Shown here in pieces: positions 12,847 to 24,900 of a DNA stretch of 64,000 nt; positions within the stretch are counted from its first letter, which is position 1, and the number at the start of each line of letters is the position of its first letter. Both the position numbers and the translations under genes were made by a program. A model generated the notes under the pieces. It did not search any database and was not told where the DNA came from. It saw nothing but the letters and a program-made list of their open reading frames with translations. The DNA is from Guillardia theta CCMP2712 (lineage: Eukaryota > Protista > Cryptophyta): NCBI RefSeq assembly GCF_000315625.1, contig NW_005434661.1, positions 174,878-238,877 on the forward strand, read 5' to 3'.

Positions 12847-14056
12847 CTTCGTTGGGAACTGCGCCATTTCCACCAGCCGAGGCTTCCTCCGCCCCCTGCA
12901 GGCACCCCTACCCAATCATTTCCACTACCCCCTCATATTTTCTCGATTCAACCTTTATCACTACCCACCCTGAAAGAAAAAGAGCGAATCACTTCTTTGG
13001 GGGTTATCATATATGTGAACTTTACTATTATGGATACTAATTGATAAACTCCTATACTCAACCACATCAACTAAACCCTAAACCTCACTACCCCTTTACA
13101 TCTCAAACTAAAGTACCCACCCCGATAATATTGATTGACAGTACCCCTACCCTTTCAAATAGAGTTCCTGGTCCTCGAGGACCCTCTTCCCCTCACTTGC
13201 CACGACTCCCGAGTCATTCGCAGTCATTCGCTGCCGCACTGATGATCAATGATTCGCCGCCGGGGCCGGTGGCCCGGCCGGCCTTCAACGTTGAACTTCG
13301 GAACGCCGCTCTCACCGGGCGAGGGCCGGGTGCCGCCATCACTCGCTTAGGACCGGCCGGGCCGCTGCCACGACTGGTACAGATATGCCAGTTTAGGCTT
13401 GCCAGTATACCACACGGCGTAATTTTCCTGACTTCTGCTAGGGCCGGGGGCAGCCTTCAAGTTGCCAGCCTGATCACCCCGGCTCAGGCTTCGAGTCTAA
13501 TCCATGTCGTAGATACATCAGCATCATGGCATGATATTCAGTTCCATGTATTGTTGTACAGACAAGTAAAGGGTTCACACCACATGTTGCCTGATCACAG
13601 ATCTGTTTCACAGTCTGCTCCTGCAAGTCCGCCAGGCTGGTCAAGTTATTGACCCGTTGATCACGCTGCCTTGTCCAAGACTCCACTCCAAGCAGACCTT
13701 GCCGAAGAAGCCTTCAAGGGGTACTGAAGTACAACGCCTTACCTCTTGGCTTCGTATCAGAGCCCTAGCAAACCGGACGGGACAGCACTCAAGGCTCAGG
13801 GCTTAGCCTTGATCTCCAAAAGTCAGACCAAGCACTCTCAAAAGGACTAAGAAGAGGAGCAGAAGCTTGTAAGAAGCCGAGCTAGAGCTCGCACGAGGCG
13901 TGTTTGCTCGTGCAGCAAGGAGTTTGTTGGAGAGATTCCCTGCTGCCCCATTCCCTTTTTAAGCCTCATGACCTGATGATGGGCGCTTCGCTCCATGTAG
14001 AGATGCATAATGCAGTCTTTTGACCGGTTAGGAAACAAAACCCTTCGCTTGCCGAC

Positions 14057-14749
14057 CTACTGGACCTCCTGCAAGACTTGCCGGAAGGTTGCGACGATCT
14101 CTCTCTCGGAATCTCTTGTCTGAAAGACATGGCTGTCGTCACAGACATGGATAGAAGAGCCCGAGCTCCTCAAGTGCGTCAGTTGATACTCCGGGCAGAA
14201 GGGATCGCCGTTTGCATGGAAGACGTGCACAATTGACGGCGACGCAGAGAATGCAGGCAGAGGGATCCATGCAAACTTCGCCATGGCCTGAATTGTCGGT
14301 GCAAGAATCAACGTTGGCCCATTCCAGATCTTTTCCGAGAGAAGCCAGCAAGCAATCCCTCCTCCCCAGCTGAAACCAACCACAACATCACAAGGGTTTT
14401 CTCGGAGATATAATGAAGCTGCTGCAATGCACCGCCTGATAGAGTATCTCACAAACAGTGAAATCAACACTCTCAGAACAAAGATTGTTCCAACACAGAC
14501 AGCTAAGTACGAGAATATCTTCTCAACAGAGCTCAAATCCTGGCCTTTGATCATGGTGAGCATCCAAGAAACCAACACCACGAACGCTACGATCACGGCA
14601 AGGTAAGGATTGAACCAGCACATTAGACCAACAGGTGGGGTGTGCATAGGCAGCTGGTAGAAGTCGCACGATGAGCGGCATGCCTGCATGACGGCAGTCA
14701 ATGGGCCATCAGACCATCCCCCGAGCACAAGCGCCGTTCTCCTCGCCAT
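14057..14749 (-). CDS. Alpha/beta-hydrolase with two predicted transmembrane segments
   Basis: VVVGFSWGG nucleophile elbow, PTLILAP, HANGDPFCP (Asp) and DDSH (His). A CTAAC branch site and AG at ~14017 suggest possible further 3' exons toward ~13470. Confidence 0.75.
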   Translation of the reverse strand: MARRTALVLGGWSDGPLTAVMQACRSSCDFYQLPMHTPPVGLMCWFNPYLAVIVAFVVLVSWMLTMIKGQDLSSVEKIFSYLAVCVGTIFVLRVLISLFVRYSIRRCIAAASLYLRENPCDVVVGFSWGGGIACWLLSEKIWNGPTLILAPTIQAMAKFAWIPLPAFSASPSIVHVFHANGDPFCPEYQLTHLRSSGSSIHVCDDSHVFQTRDSEREIVATFRQVLQEVQ

Positions 14750-14911
14750 GTTTGTTGTGGCTACCCGACTACCGTTTCAATGTCGGTTACGTGATAGTGC
14801 AAAAGACGGTTATCACATAACGGATGGGTCTTTTTGCCAGGGGGCCGATCGGATCCATGCAGTGAATTGAGGATGGGGGTAACGAGGAAGAGGAGCGCAG
14901 AAGCACGAGGC

Positions 14912-17900
14912 ATGGCTGATTCCCCATGCTTCCCTTGCTCTGTCCTCTCCAACATCAGGACCAATGTCTTCTTCAAGATCTCCGTGCTTGCCATCTTGTG
15001 CTCTTGCCCTGCCCTACTTGCAGGGATCCCTGCCGGCGATGCGGCTGTGCAGGTGTCTGCGACCATTGGAGGGAGAAAAGGGGTAACGTGGAATATGCAG
15101 GCAAGGCATTTCTCATTGAAGCACTTGGAACATTTTCATGCTCATAGACCGGCCTATTCTCTGGGACTGAGAGGAGGTGGGCCGAAGAAGAACAAGGGGA
15201 AACCAAAGGGTCCCCCGGCAGCCAAGAAGGCTGATGCGAAGCAGGTGAGAGCTCTATCTCAACACTTGTGTTAAGTCTCTAAGACACTCCTCCTACCAAA
15301 GGCCTCAGAGAATCTCGATGTCTCGGATCTGAAGAAGGCTCTGCTAGATGACACCCTCCCTGTGGTAACAGGGAACCTTGAAAGCCATGAAGGCTCGAGG
15401 GACATCAAGATCGGAAGCTTCTCCCTAGAAGTGTACGGCAAGGTAAGAGATAGTAAAGATTGGCAGACTCTGATCTGCTTCCAGGTTTTGATTCAAGACA
15501 CCACCATAGAATTGAACTACGGAAGGAGATATGGTTTGCTGGGAGCCAATGGTGTGGGGAAGACTTCTTTCCTCAAGGCCCTGGCTGCCCGGCTGGTTCC
15601 GATCCCCGAGTTTCACGACATCTTCATCCTGTCAGAGGAGGCGAAATCTACCAACATGTCGGCACTGGAGTACGTCGTGGCGGCTGCTGAGCATGAGGTG
15701 AACCGCCTTGAGAAGAAGGTCGAGGTCATCATCGAGCAGCATGGCCCAGATGCAGGTGCTGGTGGACGAGGCGGTGGGGGATTTCCTGCTCACCTCCTGC
15801 TTCCTGTTGCAGATGAACTGCAGCACATCTACGACCGCATCGACTCGATCGGGCCTGCCACCCTCAAAGTCAGAGCTGGGAAACTGCTGGCGGTACGATG
15901 GATGCTTGCAAGTTGTCTGTGTTTCTGATCACCATGGTGCCTGCCTGCTGTGCTGCAGGGCCTTGGATTTGATGCCGAACGCATGGCAAAACAGACCAAG
16001 GACATGTCGGGCGGGTGATCATCTGGCGGGTGTGGTTCGACCGGGCTGAGACATGTTGGCAGGTGGAGGATGCGAGTTGCGCTTGCTGAAGCTCTGTTTG
16101 TGCGGCCATCGATCCTCCTGCTCGATGAGCCGACAAACCATCTTGACTTGGGATCTGTTGTGTGGCTGGTGAGCAACGACGAGAACGAGAGAGACGAGGT
16201 GGAGAGAAAGGTCATGTTAGGCTTAGACTGTGAATGTGGACACGGATCGGGTTACGGTCTTTTTGCGATAAAAAATGAAGGGAGAGGTTTTGAGTGGAGG
16301 CAAGCTCAGAAAAATTTGTTTGTTGCATGGAAAGATTCAAAGGTCTTTTGGGCTGACCCGCATGCCAGGAAGACTATCTGTCCCGTTATGATTCCATCTT
16401 GGTCGTCACTAGTCATTCTCAGGCATGAAGACTCCGTTTGATTTGATGTGCTGATCTCCACTCCTCTCTCAGGATTTCTTGAACGGAGTGTGCACCAATA
16501 TCATGGAGCTGCGCCAGATGAAACTCACGTATTGGACTGGAAACTACGATCAGGTGAAAATACTTTGGGGTTCTCGGGCCGGTACTTGACAGACGTTTTG
16601 TTCAGTTTGTGAAAACAAAGACTGAGCAAGAGGCAAATCAGGTATGAGATCTTGTCATTAACCTCCCTCCCTCCCTCCCTTCTTCCCTCCCTTCTACCCT
16701 CCCTTTCTCATTCACTCACTCACTCACTCACTCACTCACTTCACTTCACTTCTGGACCTTGTTTGCCCACTTGCACTGCTGGTCTCATGAGATTTGCTAC
16801 AGATGAAGCTCTACTATAAACAGCAGGATGAAATCAAACACATGAAAGAGTTCATTGCGTCTTGCGGTCTGATGGCTTCTCCCAAATCCATTTCCAGCGT
16901 CTCATCGCATCCTCAGGCACCTACGCGAATCTTGTAAGGCAGGCCAAGTCACGTCAGAAGGTCTTGGACAAGATGGAGGAGGTCAACACTTGCTTACCTG
17001 CTGCTTTTTTTCCCGGAGCATCGCACGTGACATGAAGTTGCTGACGAGAGGTGGCAGGATGGTTTGATTCAGCCTGTGGTGACGGACAAGAAGATCAAGA
17101 TCGAATTCCCACAGTGTGACAAGCTCGTCCCTCCCGTCATCGCCTTCACCGACGTTGCCTTCTCCTACTCTGGCAAGCCCGAAGACTACCTGTATGAGGT
17201 GAGGAGGGGAAAGAGAGGAGGAATGAGTGAAAGAGTAATGAGCGGGGAAGGAGAAAACGAGGAGGTACTTGCCTTGAAATACTTACTATGACACTTTCCT
17301 GAAGAATCTCAACATCGGTATCGATTCGGACTCTCGAGTTGCCCTTGTTGGTCCCAACGGCGCGGGGAAGTCAACCCTTTTGAAATTGATGTGAGTTTGG
17401 AGGAATGAAGGAGGCAGGGAAAGTAGGGAAAATCAAAGGGGAGAGAAAGGAGGACAGCAAGGGAGAGGAAGGAGCGCAAGAATGACGACAGGGAGGGAGA
17501 AAGACCGACAATTACAATTAGCAGCAAGAAGAAACTCATTCATCTTGAGCTTATTGGTCGTTGTGGGTTGTCACTCGTCACAGGTGCGGGAGGCTCCATC
17601 CCTCCAAGGGATCCATAACAATCAAACATGGCACCCGCCTTGGAGTCTTCGACCAGCACATGGCAGAGAAGGCAAGACTTAGTTTGATCTACTCTCTCTC
17701 CGTTTTCCTCTCCCTCTTCCTCTCCCTCTCCCTCTCCCTCTCCCTCTCCCTCTCCCTCTCCCTCTCCCTCTCCCTCTCCCTGTTCCGCACTATCTGCCAG
17801 TCTGGCTTATCTCTGCTTCTTTGAGTCTGAACTCCCTATATCCTTGCTTCCACCAACTCCAGTGACATCCATTTCTTCTTCCTACAGTTGGATCTCGACC

Positions 17901-19005
17901 TCTCTCCTATAGAATACATGCAGGCAACTCCACTCCTCCTGGTTTCCCTTGCATCTGATTATCCTCGGCAGAAACGTTTCCCTGGAAAGTTCAAAGACCT
18001 GCAGGTACTGCCTTCGAGATGACCCTTCTCCTTCTCCCTCCTATCTCACTCTTCCCCCAATCGCTCTCTCCTCCTCCTTCTCTCCCTTGTCCATTTCCTT
18101 ACATCCTTTGTCCAGGACTGGAGGACAGCAGTCGGTCGCTTTGGGGTGACGGGAAAGCAGCAGATGGAGCCTATCAGGCAAGCCAGCAAAGAGACTTCTT
18201 CTTCCTCCTCCTCCTCCACCACCACCACTTCCTCCTCCTCCTCTTTTTCCTCCCTCCTCCTCCTCCTCACTTTCCTTCCTCCTCCTCCTCCTCCTCCTCC
18301 TCCTCCTCCTCCTCCTCCTCCTCCTCATTTTTCCTCCTCTCTCCAGAAAGATGTCAGATGGTCAGAAGCGCCGCGTCGTCTGGGCGGAGCTCTGGCTGAT
18401 GTCACCCAACATGCTCCTCCTTGACGAGCCCACGAACCACTTGGACATGGAGTCCATCGATGCACTCGCAGGTCCTCACGCCCTTGCTGCCTTTCTTGCT
18501 CCCTGCCTTGCTGCCCTTCCTGCGCTTCCTCGTTCTGCCTCGCGCTGCCTTCTATGACAACTTCCTTTATCTTCCGTGCTGACCGGCTGCCTGTAGAGGG
18601 AATCAAGCAGTTCCAAGGAGGCCTGCTCCTGATTAGTCATGACTTCCGTCTGATCGATCAGGTAAGGGGACGAGATAGGAGGAGGCGGTGTTGAGGTTTC
18701 CTGCAGGTGGCGCAGGAAGTTTGGGTATGCGAGAAAGGTGTCACAAAGTGGACCAAGGTTGGGACCACCCTCCTCCTCCTCCTCCTCCTCCTCCTCCTCC
18801 TCCTCCTCCTCCTCCTCCTCCTGGTGCCCCTGCCCCTGCCCCTGGCCCTGCTCTTATTCGTTTTAGCATCCCTCTTACTTCTGCTCCTGCCAACCAATCC
18901 CCCCTCCCCCGGCCCCTGCTTTCTCGTCTGATCGTGCATTAGGGGATCCGCGAGTATAAGGAGTTGCTGAAGGAGCAGATGCTTGAAGCGCAGAAGGGGA
19001 GCTGA
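14912..19005 (+). CDS. ABCF2: ABC-F family ATPase (ABCF2/Arb1-like) with N-terminal signal + transit-like leader; about 20 introns
   Basis: [50 protein letters not shown], second [40 protein letters not shown] and SHDFRLIDQ. Confidence 0.92.
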
Positions 19006-19315
19006 GCTTGCTTGAATGTCGGCTCCCTCGTTGCTTCCTCGTCCCGTGTGCCTTCCCGCAAGTTGCATGTCTTTATGTCAGATGTAGTGCATGTTCCCGA
19101 GGGAATGTCGCTCAAACTTGTCAGAACTTCAGTGCAAGAAAGCGTGTTGGTCAAGGGAGGGATGGAGTTGGGGTGTTGGATATGATTTAGCTAATCGAGT
19201 TTCTAGTCTATACATGCCATGGAAGAGTCTGACGACAGGTACATCGAGTCGTACACGTTAGGAATGCCATCAGCAGCACCTGAAAGACTTGTCTGCTCCC
19301 CGAGCATGCTCACGC

Positions 19316-21101
19316 TCAAAGGTCCTTCCTCATCAGCCGCATCGCGATCTTGCTGGTGAAGTCATAGTGATTGAGCTTGCGGTGGAACGATTGGCAGGAG
19401 CTGTAAACCTTGTAGGCGTCCACCTCGATCAGACCCAGGACGCTGCACAGGACCCTGAAGGGCAGTGGCTCCGGCGTCCGCGTCCTGGGGATCCAAAGGA
19501 TGTCCTTACTCAGAAGTGTCTGGGACTGCATGATCATCGCCGCGTTGAAGTATGCCTCCATCATGCCATCGGGTCCTCTCACTTGAATCTCCTCCCGCCA
19601 TCTCCCCGTCAACGGGTCTATCTTCCTCCTCCTCTTCTCGCTGTTCAAATTTTCTGCCCTCGTCGTTTTGAATGTGGAGATCAATTTGAAGACCCCCGCG
19701 CCCGTCCGCTGCGCATTCTTCCATGCATGCCCGTAGATTCGTCTCTCCTTCCCCTCAACCTCGACCTGAAGCTCCACCGTCTTGGTTTCTCCATGAGGAT
19801 ATTCCCCGCTCCATGCAGCATGCTGAAGGAACCGCATGGGAAAACCATGGCGCTTGCGGATTGCACCGTTGAAGAACGTGTTCCGTTCCAGGAGAGCGCG
19901 GGCGGGCGACAGAAGCGTAGTCGACGTTGCTGTAGATGATTTGACCCCGATCGAGATGCTCCTCAGCCAGCCGCAGGACGCACTCTGTGTGAGAGTACGT
20001 CGTAGGCTGGGCCGAGAGCTCGAACTTCAACCCGAGCCCGTTGGAACATTCGCCCAGCATGTTGAGCTCGAAGTCCATCGGAGGAACGCTGAGGTTTCCA
20101 TGAGAGTACTGCAAGGAAGATGTCAGCTGCTGAGCAACTGTGTTGCTCCACCCTCCCCTCACCTTCTCCATTCTCGTCCTTGGTGCCCGGATCTTTGCCA
20201 CAAACAGCTCCGTCCCAGCGCTGATCGTCCGCTTTCGAAGCTCATTCAGCGCATCGATGAGCGGCCGGATCTGCTCATACTCGTCGGTGCTCTCGGCAGC
20301 AGGAGGACAGAACCTCAGGTGCTGTTGCCACAGCTCGAACCGCTTGCGGTTGACTGCGAACCTGTTCTCAAGGTCTAGAGAGGGGATCAACTTTCGGCCT
20401 GAACTCTTCCACATGTCTTGGGCTCTGCCGTAGGGATGGATGCTCCTGGCGTACAAGGACCCCATGAATTGCAAGACTTCAGTCACCGTGAAAGGCTCGG
20501 CGTTCGCAGGTAGAGTCGCGTTTGTCCAGACCAGACAGCTCCCTGTCTCCTCCTGACCGAAGAAGAAATCCCAGGGAAAGAGCAGCTTCAAACAGTCCAT
20601 CTCTGATCTTTGATCGGCATGGTGCAGAGTTTCAGGCCAGTTCACGATCGTCTTCTTGAACCCATAACCGTCCGATTCCCGTTGGTCGACGTCAATGTGC
20701 TTGTCGCAGAACTTCCAATTCCACACCTGGTTGCCCCAAGAGCACTTGAGGAGATCATGGTCAGCCGGCTCCTGCTCCAGATCGGAATCGCAATAAGATG
20801 CGTCAGAGTTGTCATCCTCTTCGGCATCTTCAGACCCATCCAGATCCTCCGATTGCCCACTCTCATACTCAAGGCCCTGGCTCTCTTCGTCGGGGCCAGC
20901 CCATTCCTCCCCCTCCAGCGATTCCCCGCTCTTCGAGGCGTCCTCATCTTCGTCGCTGTACTCCATCTCCTCCTCTTCGTCGCTGTACTCCATCTCCTCC
21001 TCTTCGTCGCTGTACTCCATCTCCTCCTCTTCAACATCTTCGCTCTGGTCTCCCTCTGACTCGCCTGCATCCACGTGTTCCGCGGGCAGTATCCTGACCA
21101 T
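19316..21101 (-). CDS. piggyBac transposase-derived protein, catalytic Asp residues lost, frameshift at ~19904 (domesticated gene or pseudogene)
   Basis: PGBD-like blocks LLFPWDF..WTN..FTVTEVLQFMG, NRKRFELWQQHLRF, IRPLIDALN; after the shift ARALLERNTFFNGAIR..GFP and MMEAYF. Confidence 0.7.
20948..21032. repeat. 27-bp coding tandem repeat x3 (EEEEMEYSD)
   Basis: Unit TCGTCGCTGTACTCCATCTCCTCCTCT repeated three times. Confidence 0.9.
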
Positions 21102-21916
21102 TCTTCAATCTGCCCGTCCCCGGTGGGGCCCCTCATCCCCGCTCAACCCGTATGATTTTACAAGGGCTTTCCCGCCAACTTTCAACAATGATGCCCTTCC
21201 AAAAACAGGAGGAAGGAGAAGAGAGGAGAGGAGAGGAGATGAAGGGAGGGGAGGGGAGGGGAGGGGAGGGGAGAGGAGGAGAGGAGAGGATAGGAAAGAG
21301 GAGATGGAAGGAGGGGAGGGGAGGGGAGAGGAGGAGAGGAGAGGGGAGAGGAGGAGAGGAGAGGAGAGAGGAGATGGAAGGAGGGGAGGGGAGGGAGGTG
21401 AAAGGAGAAGAGGAGAAGAGGAGGAGAGGAAAGGAGAGGGGAGGGGAGGGGAGGAGAGGAGAGGAGATGAAAGGATCAGGAGAGGAGGGGAGGGGAGAGG
21501 AGAGGAGAGGAGAGGAGAGGAGGAAACGGGAAGAGAGTGAGAGGGAAGACGAGAGGAGGGAGGGAAAGAAAATGCGGGAGACAATTGGAGCACGGAAAAA
21601 CCATAGCAGAGGCAACATGAAAGAAGAAAGCAGAGCGAGGAAATTGCCATAGATCCAGCAGGGACAAAACCATTGTGGAGCCAGGAGGGATATTGTTTGG
21701 GAGGGAAGGAGGAGCAAGGTGCTGTACAATAAACTGGGAAGAGACGAAGATGATGGACAAGCGAAGATTGCCGGGGGCAGAGATATGAGGGTGTAATGAA
21801 GTTAGAAGCAAAGATAGCCCTGCAGTACCCAGAGTAAAGTTCCATGAGAACTGATGTGTTCCGATTGCAGGAAAATGTTTGCCGTGTAGGGCGAGGGAAA
21901 GAGGCTTACCAGAATC

Positions 21917-24900
21917 ATGAGCACTAAACGTACCACAACCGAACCAGAAGTGAAACCTCCCACCTGCCAATCCCCTTTCGTGAATGTATTCAAGCATTTC
22001 GCTGTGGACTCTGAAAGAGGGTCCTTCAGGTGATCAGTAGAAGCGACTCCATTGAGGTTGTTGATGCGAGTTTGCAGGGAAGGAAATGTTGAGACTGTCA
22101 TGGACAAGATCATTGGCAAGAAAGTTTACCGTATTGTAGGGAATGTGTTGGCTGCCAACTATCTCAGAATACCATTGAAGGCGAACCAGTCTCTACAATT
22201 GACTGGTCGGTATGTGTATATTCAGTTGCGAGCTATACCCGACAGATTTTACATCCTGCACTTGTATGTGACGACCGCCGATGAAAGAGTGCTCGATATC
22301 TCGATTACAAATCTCTTCAAAGAATGCAAAGTCATTGGAAATGTACTTCAATATCCTTGTCATCTGACAGGAAAGGTGATGAATGTTACATGATGATGTG
22401 TTTGTTGCGGACACTAAAACGTTGATGATCAGTGGACAACTTTGTGTGTGGACTTGGTTGAAATGCTGAATCGCAACAAGTGCGGGCGTTTCCATTGCCT
22501 CAAATCGATTCAGGTTGTATGATCTTTACCTAAGGAAACATCATTTAATGCTGATGTAGATATGTTCCAACATTTTTGTAAGAGATGTCTTCACATCGGA
22601 GTCAGTTTACACCAAGAAAACGATTCCCAAGCACTTTGTTTTTCCACTATTGCAGGTTTTACTCTCATGATTTTTTTCTACCTGGCTGATTCAGTTTTGT
22701 TATAGGAACCAGACTCACAAGACTTTTTGCAGCTACCGGTCTTGGACAACAAAGAGAAAGCTGAGAGAAACAGCACAGAGCCCAACGATGCTACTGCAAA
22801 AGAGCCTGCTCGTCGAGAGCCTCTGCGTGTTCAGCAGATATCTCAAATCAAACGGGGCAAGACAGCTTCTATCCTGAATCGTGCACATGCCAAGGACCCT
22901 CGACCAAAAACTAGCATTCCGCAATTGAACTCGAGCATTTCGTCTGATCAGGATTCCAAGAAGAAAATTTCGACAACATTCTCGCCTGAGCCTGCAATGG
23001 ATCTGCGATTTTGCATCGGATACACAAGTAAGACTACTGGAAACATGATTTGGACGAGAGATTGTCGATCCATAATTTATTCATGTGCGGCAAAGATTGT
23101 GCATATGAATCCTGATACGGGTTCCCAAAAATTCTTCCTTGGTCACACAACGCCAATCTCGGTGATTGCATTGTCTCCCGATGAAAGTATACTTGCAAGT
23201 TGTCAAGAAGGCAAAGACCCTCTCGTTCGTCTTTGGGAGATGTCGACTGGTGAATGTTTGGCTGTCTTCGGAGGCCATGCGAGTGATGTCCAGTGTATCG
23301 ACTTCAACTTAAGTGGAAACTGGATGATAACAGTGGGGAAAGAGGGCAAGGGGTCGACTAAGAATTTCAACAACTTGGTCATCTTGTGGGACGTGAGCCA
23401 AGTGCTCAAAGGTGGGAATGTCATGAAGTTGGTAGAGCATTCATTTGAACCAAGTTTGAACAAAATGAGATTCGTGCCGTTTGAAGAAGCGTGCCTTGTC
23501 TCATGTGGTATCGGTAATATACACATATGGAGGATCAAGAACGTGCGTGAAAAGTACGAAGTGAGGAGAATGGTGTTACACCTTGGACCGCACGCTAACC
23601 AGGTTTTCGTGGACCTCGCTTTCGAGGGAGTTCTTGGCGGGGTAGATACATTTGCACGCAGCATTTACTCTTGCACTGCCTCAGGATTATTGTATCAGAT
23701 CAATTTCACCAACAGGAATATTGATCAGATCTACAGATTACACGATGACAGCATCAACTCCGTCGTGGTTACCGACGGTTTCTGTGTGACAGGCTCAGAG
23801 GATAGATTCTTGAGAGTCTGGCCTCTGGACTTCTCTGACTACTTCCTGGAGGCAGAACATGCAGCTCCAGTCAACGCACTTGCGGTTTCTTCTGATTGCC
23901 TGAGGATCGCTATTGGAACAGCGAATGGAACAATAGGGATCATGGACGTTCCAACGCACGGTTATCGCACTGTCGTCAGGTCGCACGAGAGCGTGGTGCT
24001 CGCCCTTGCCATGGATCCTCACAATCGAGAGTTCACCACGACTGCTTCAGATGGAACCATCAGGACCTGGGACCTAGACAGCTTCGAGCAGTTGTATGAG
24101 TTTCTGGCGCCAGGGGAACACGCTCTTTGCGTTGCTTACCATCCACGGAAGTATTTGATCGCCTGTGGATTTGAGGATGGGGCAGTTCGCATCTTCGACA
24201 TTGCGAGTACCTCCCAATTGTTTGAGCACAAGCAGCACAGGTCAAAGGTCCTGTCGATCTCCTTCACAATGGATGGAGAAAAGCTCTTCTCTGCTGGACA
24301 GGATGGCATAATTTGTGTGTATGACGCTGTCCGAAACTATCAGCCTATCAAAAGCATCTCTACAGCATTCGCTGGTGACGAAATTGACCTCTCGATCAGC
24401 CCGAATGGGAAGTATATTGCGACCATCGGCGTTGGAAGTGCGAGTTTGATCATATACAACACAGATTCCATGGAAAAATGCATGGAGATGCCTTCTAATG
24501 GTCGAAGGATCAGGCTTGTCAAGTTTGCTCCAATCAAGAATTATGTCTATGCCATGACGAGGGACTCCAGACTGCAGAGCTACGATCTCAACGAGGGTCG
24601 AATCGTACAGGAATCGTCTCCCCTGCATTTGGACAACGTGAACACAATGGACTTCAGCGACAACGGAAATTTTTTGCTCACTGGAGGCAATGACGGGATT
24701 CTCAAGATGTGGGCGCTAGGCAAACAAGGGCCTCATGAGGCCAGATGCCAGTGCTTCATCGGACATTCTTCCCCAATCAATCGAGCTCTGTTCACACCCG
24801 ACAAGAAACAGGTCGTGAGCGTCGGGAGCGGGAAGGGAATCTTGGTCTGGGACTTGCTGGTGGATACGGCAGAAGACGTCTCGGACTACATTGATCGTTT

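Noticed and set aside
13071-13084. CTAAACCCTAAACC as a telomerase RNA template or telomere remnant
   Set aside because: Only two units inside an A/C-rich block with no supporting structure; at most a telo-box-like promoter word.
13870-13962. Hairpins followed by a T-run, suggesting a Pol III ncRNA
   Set aside because: No recognisable family; the region has minus-strand splice signals and may be 3' exons or UTR of the hydrolase.
21545-21650. Signal-peptide-like MAISSLCFLLSCCLCYG upstream of the piggyBac-derived ORF
   Set aside because: I could not build an in-frame splice path, and it runs into a microsatellite.
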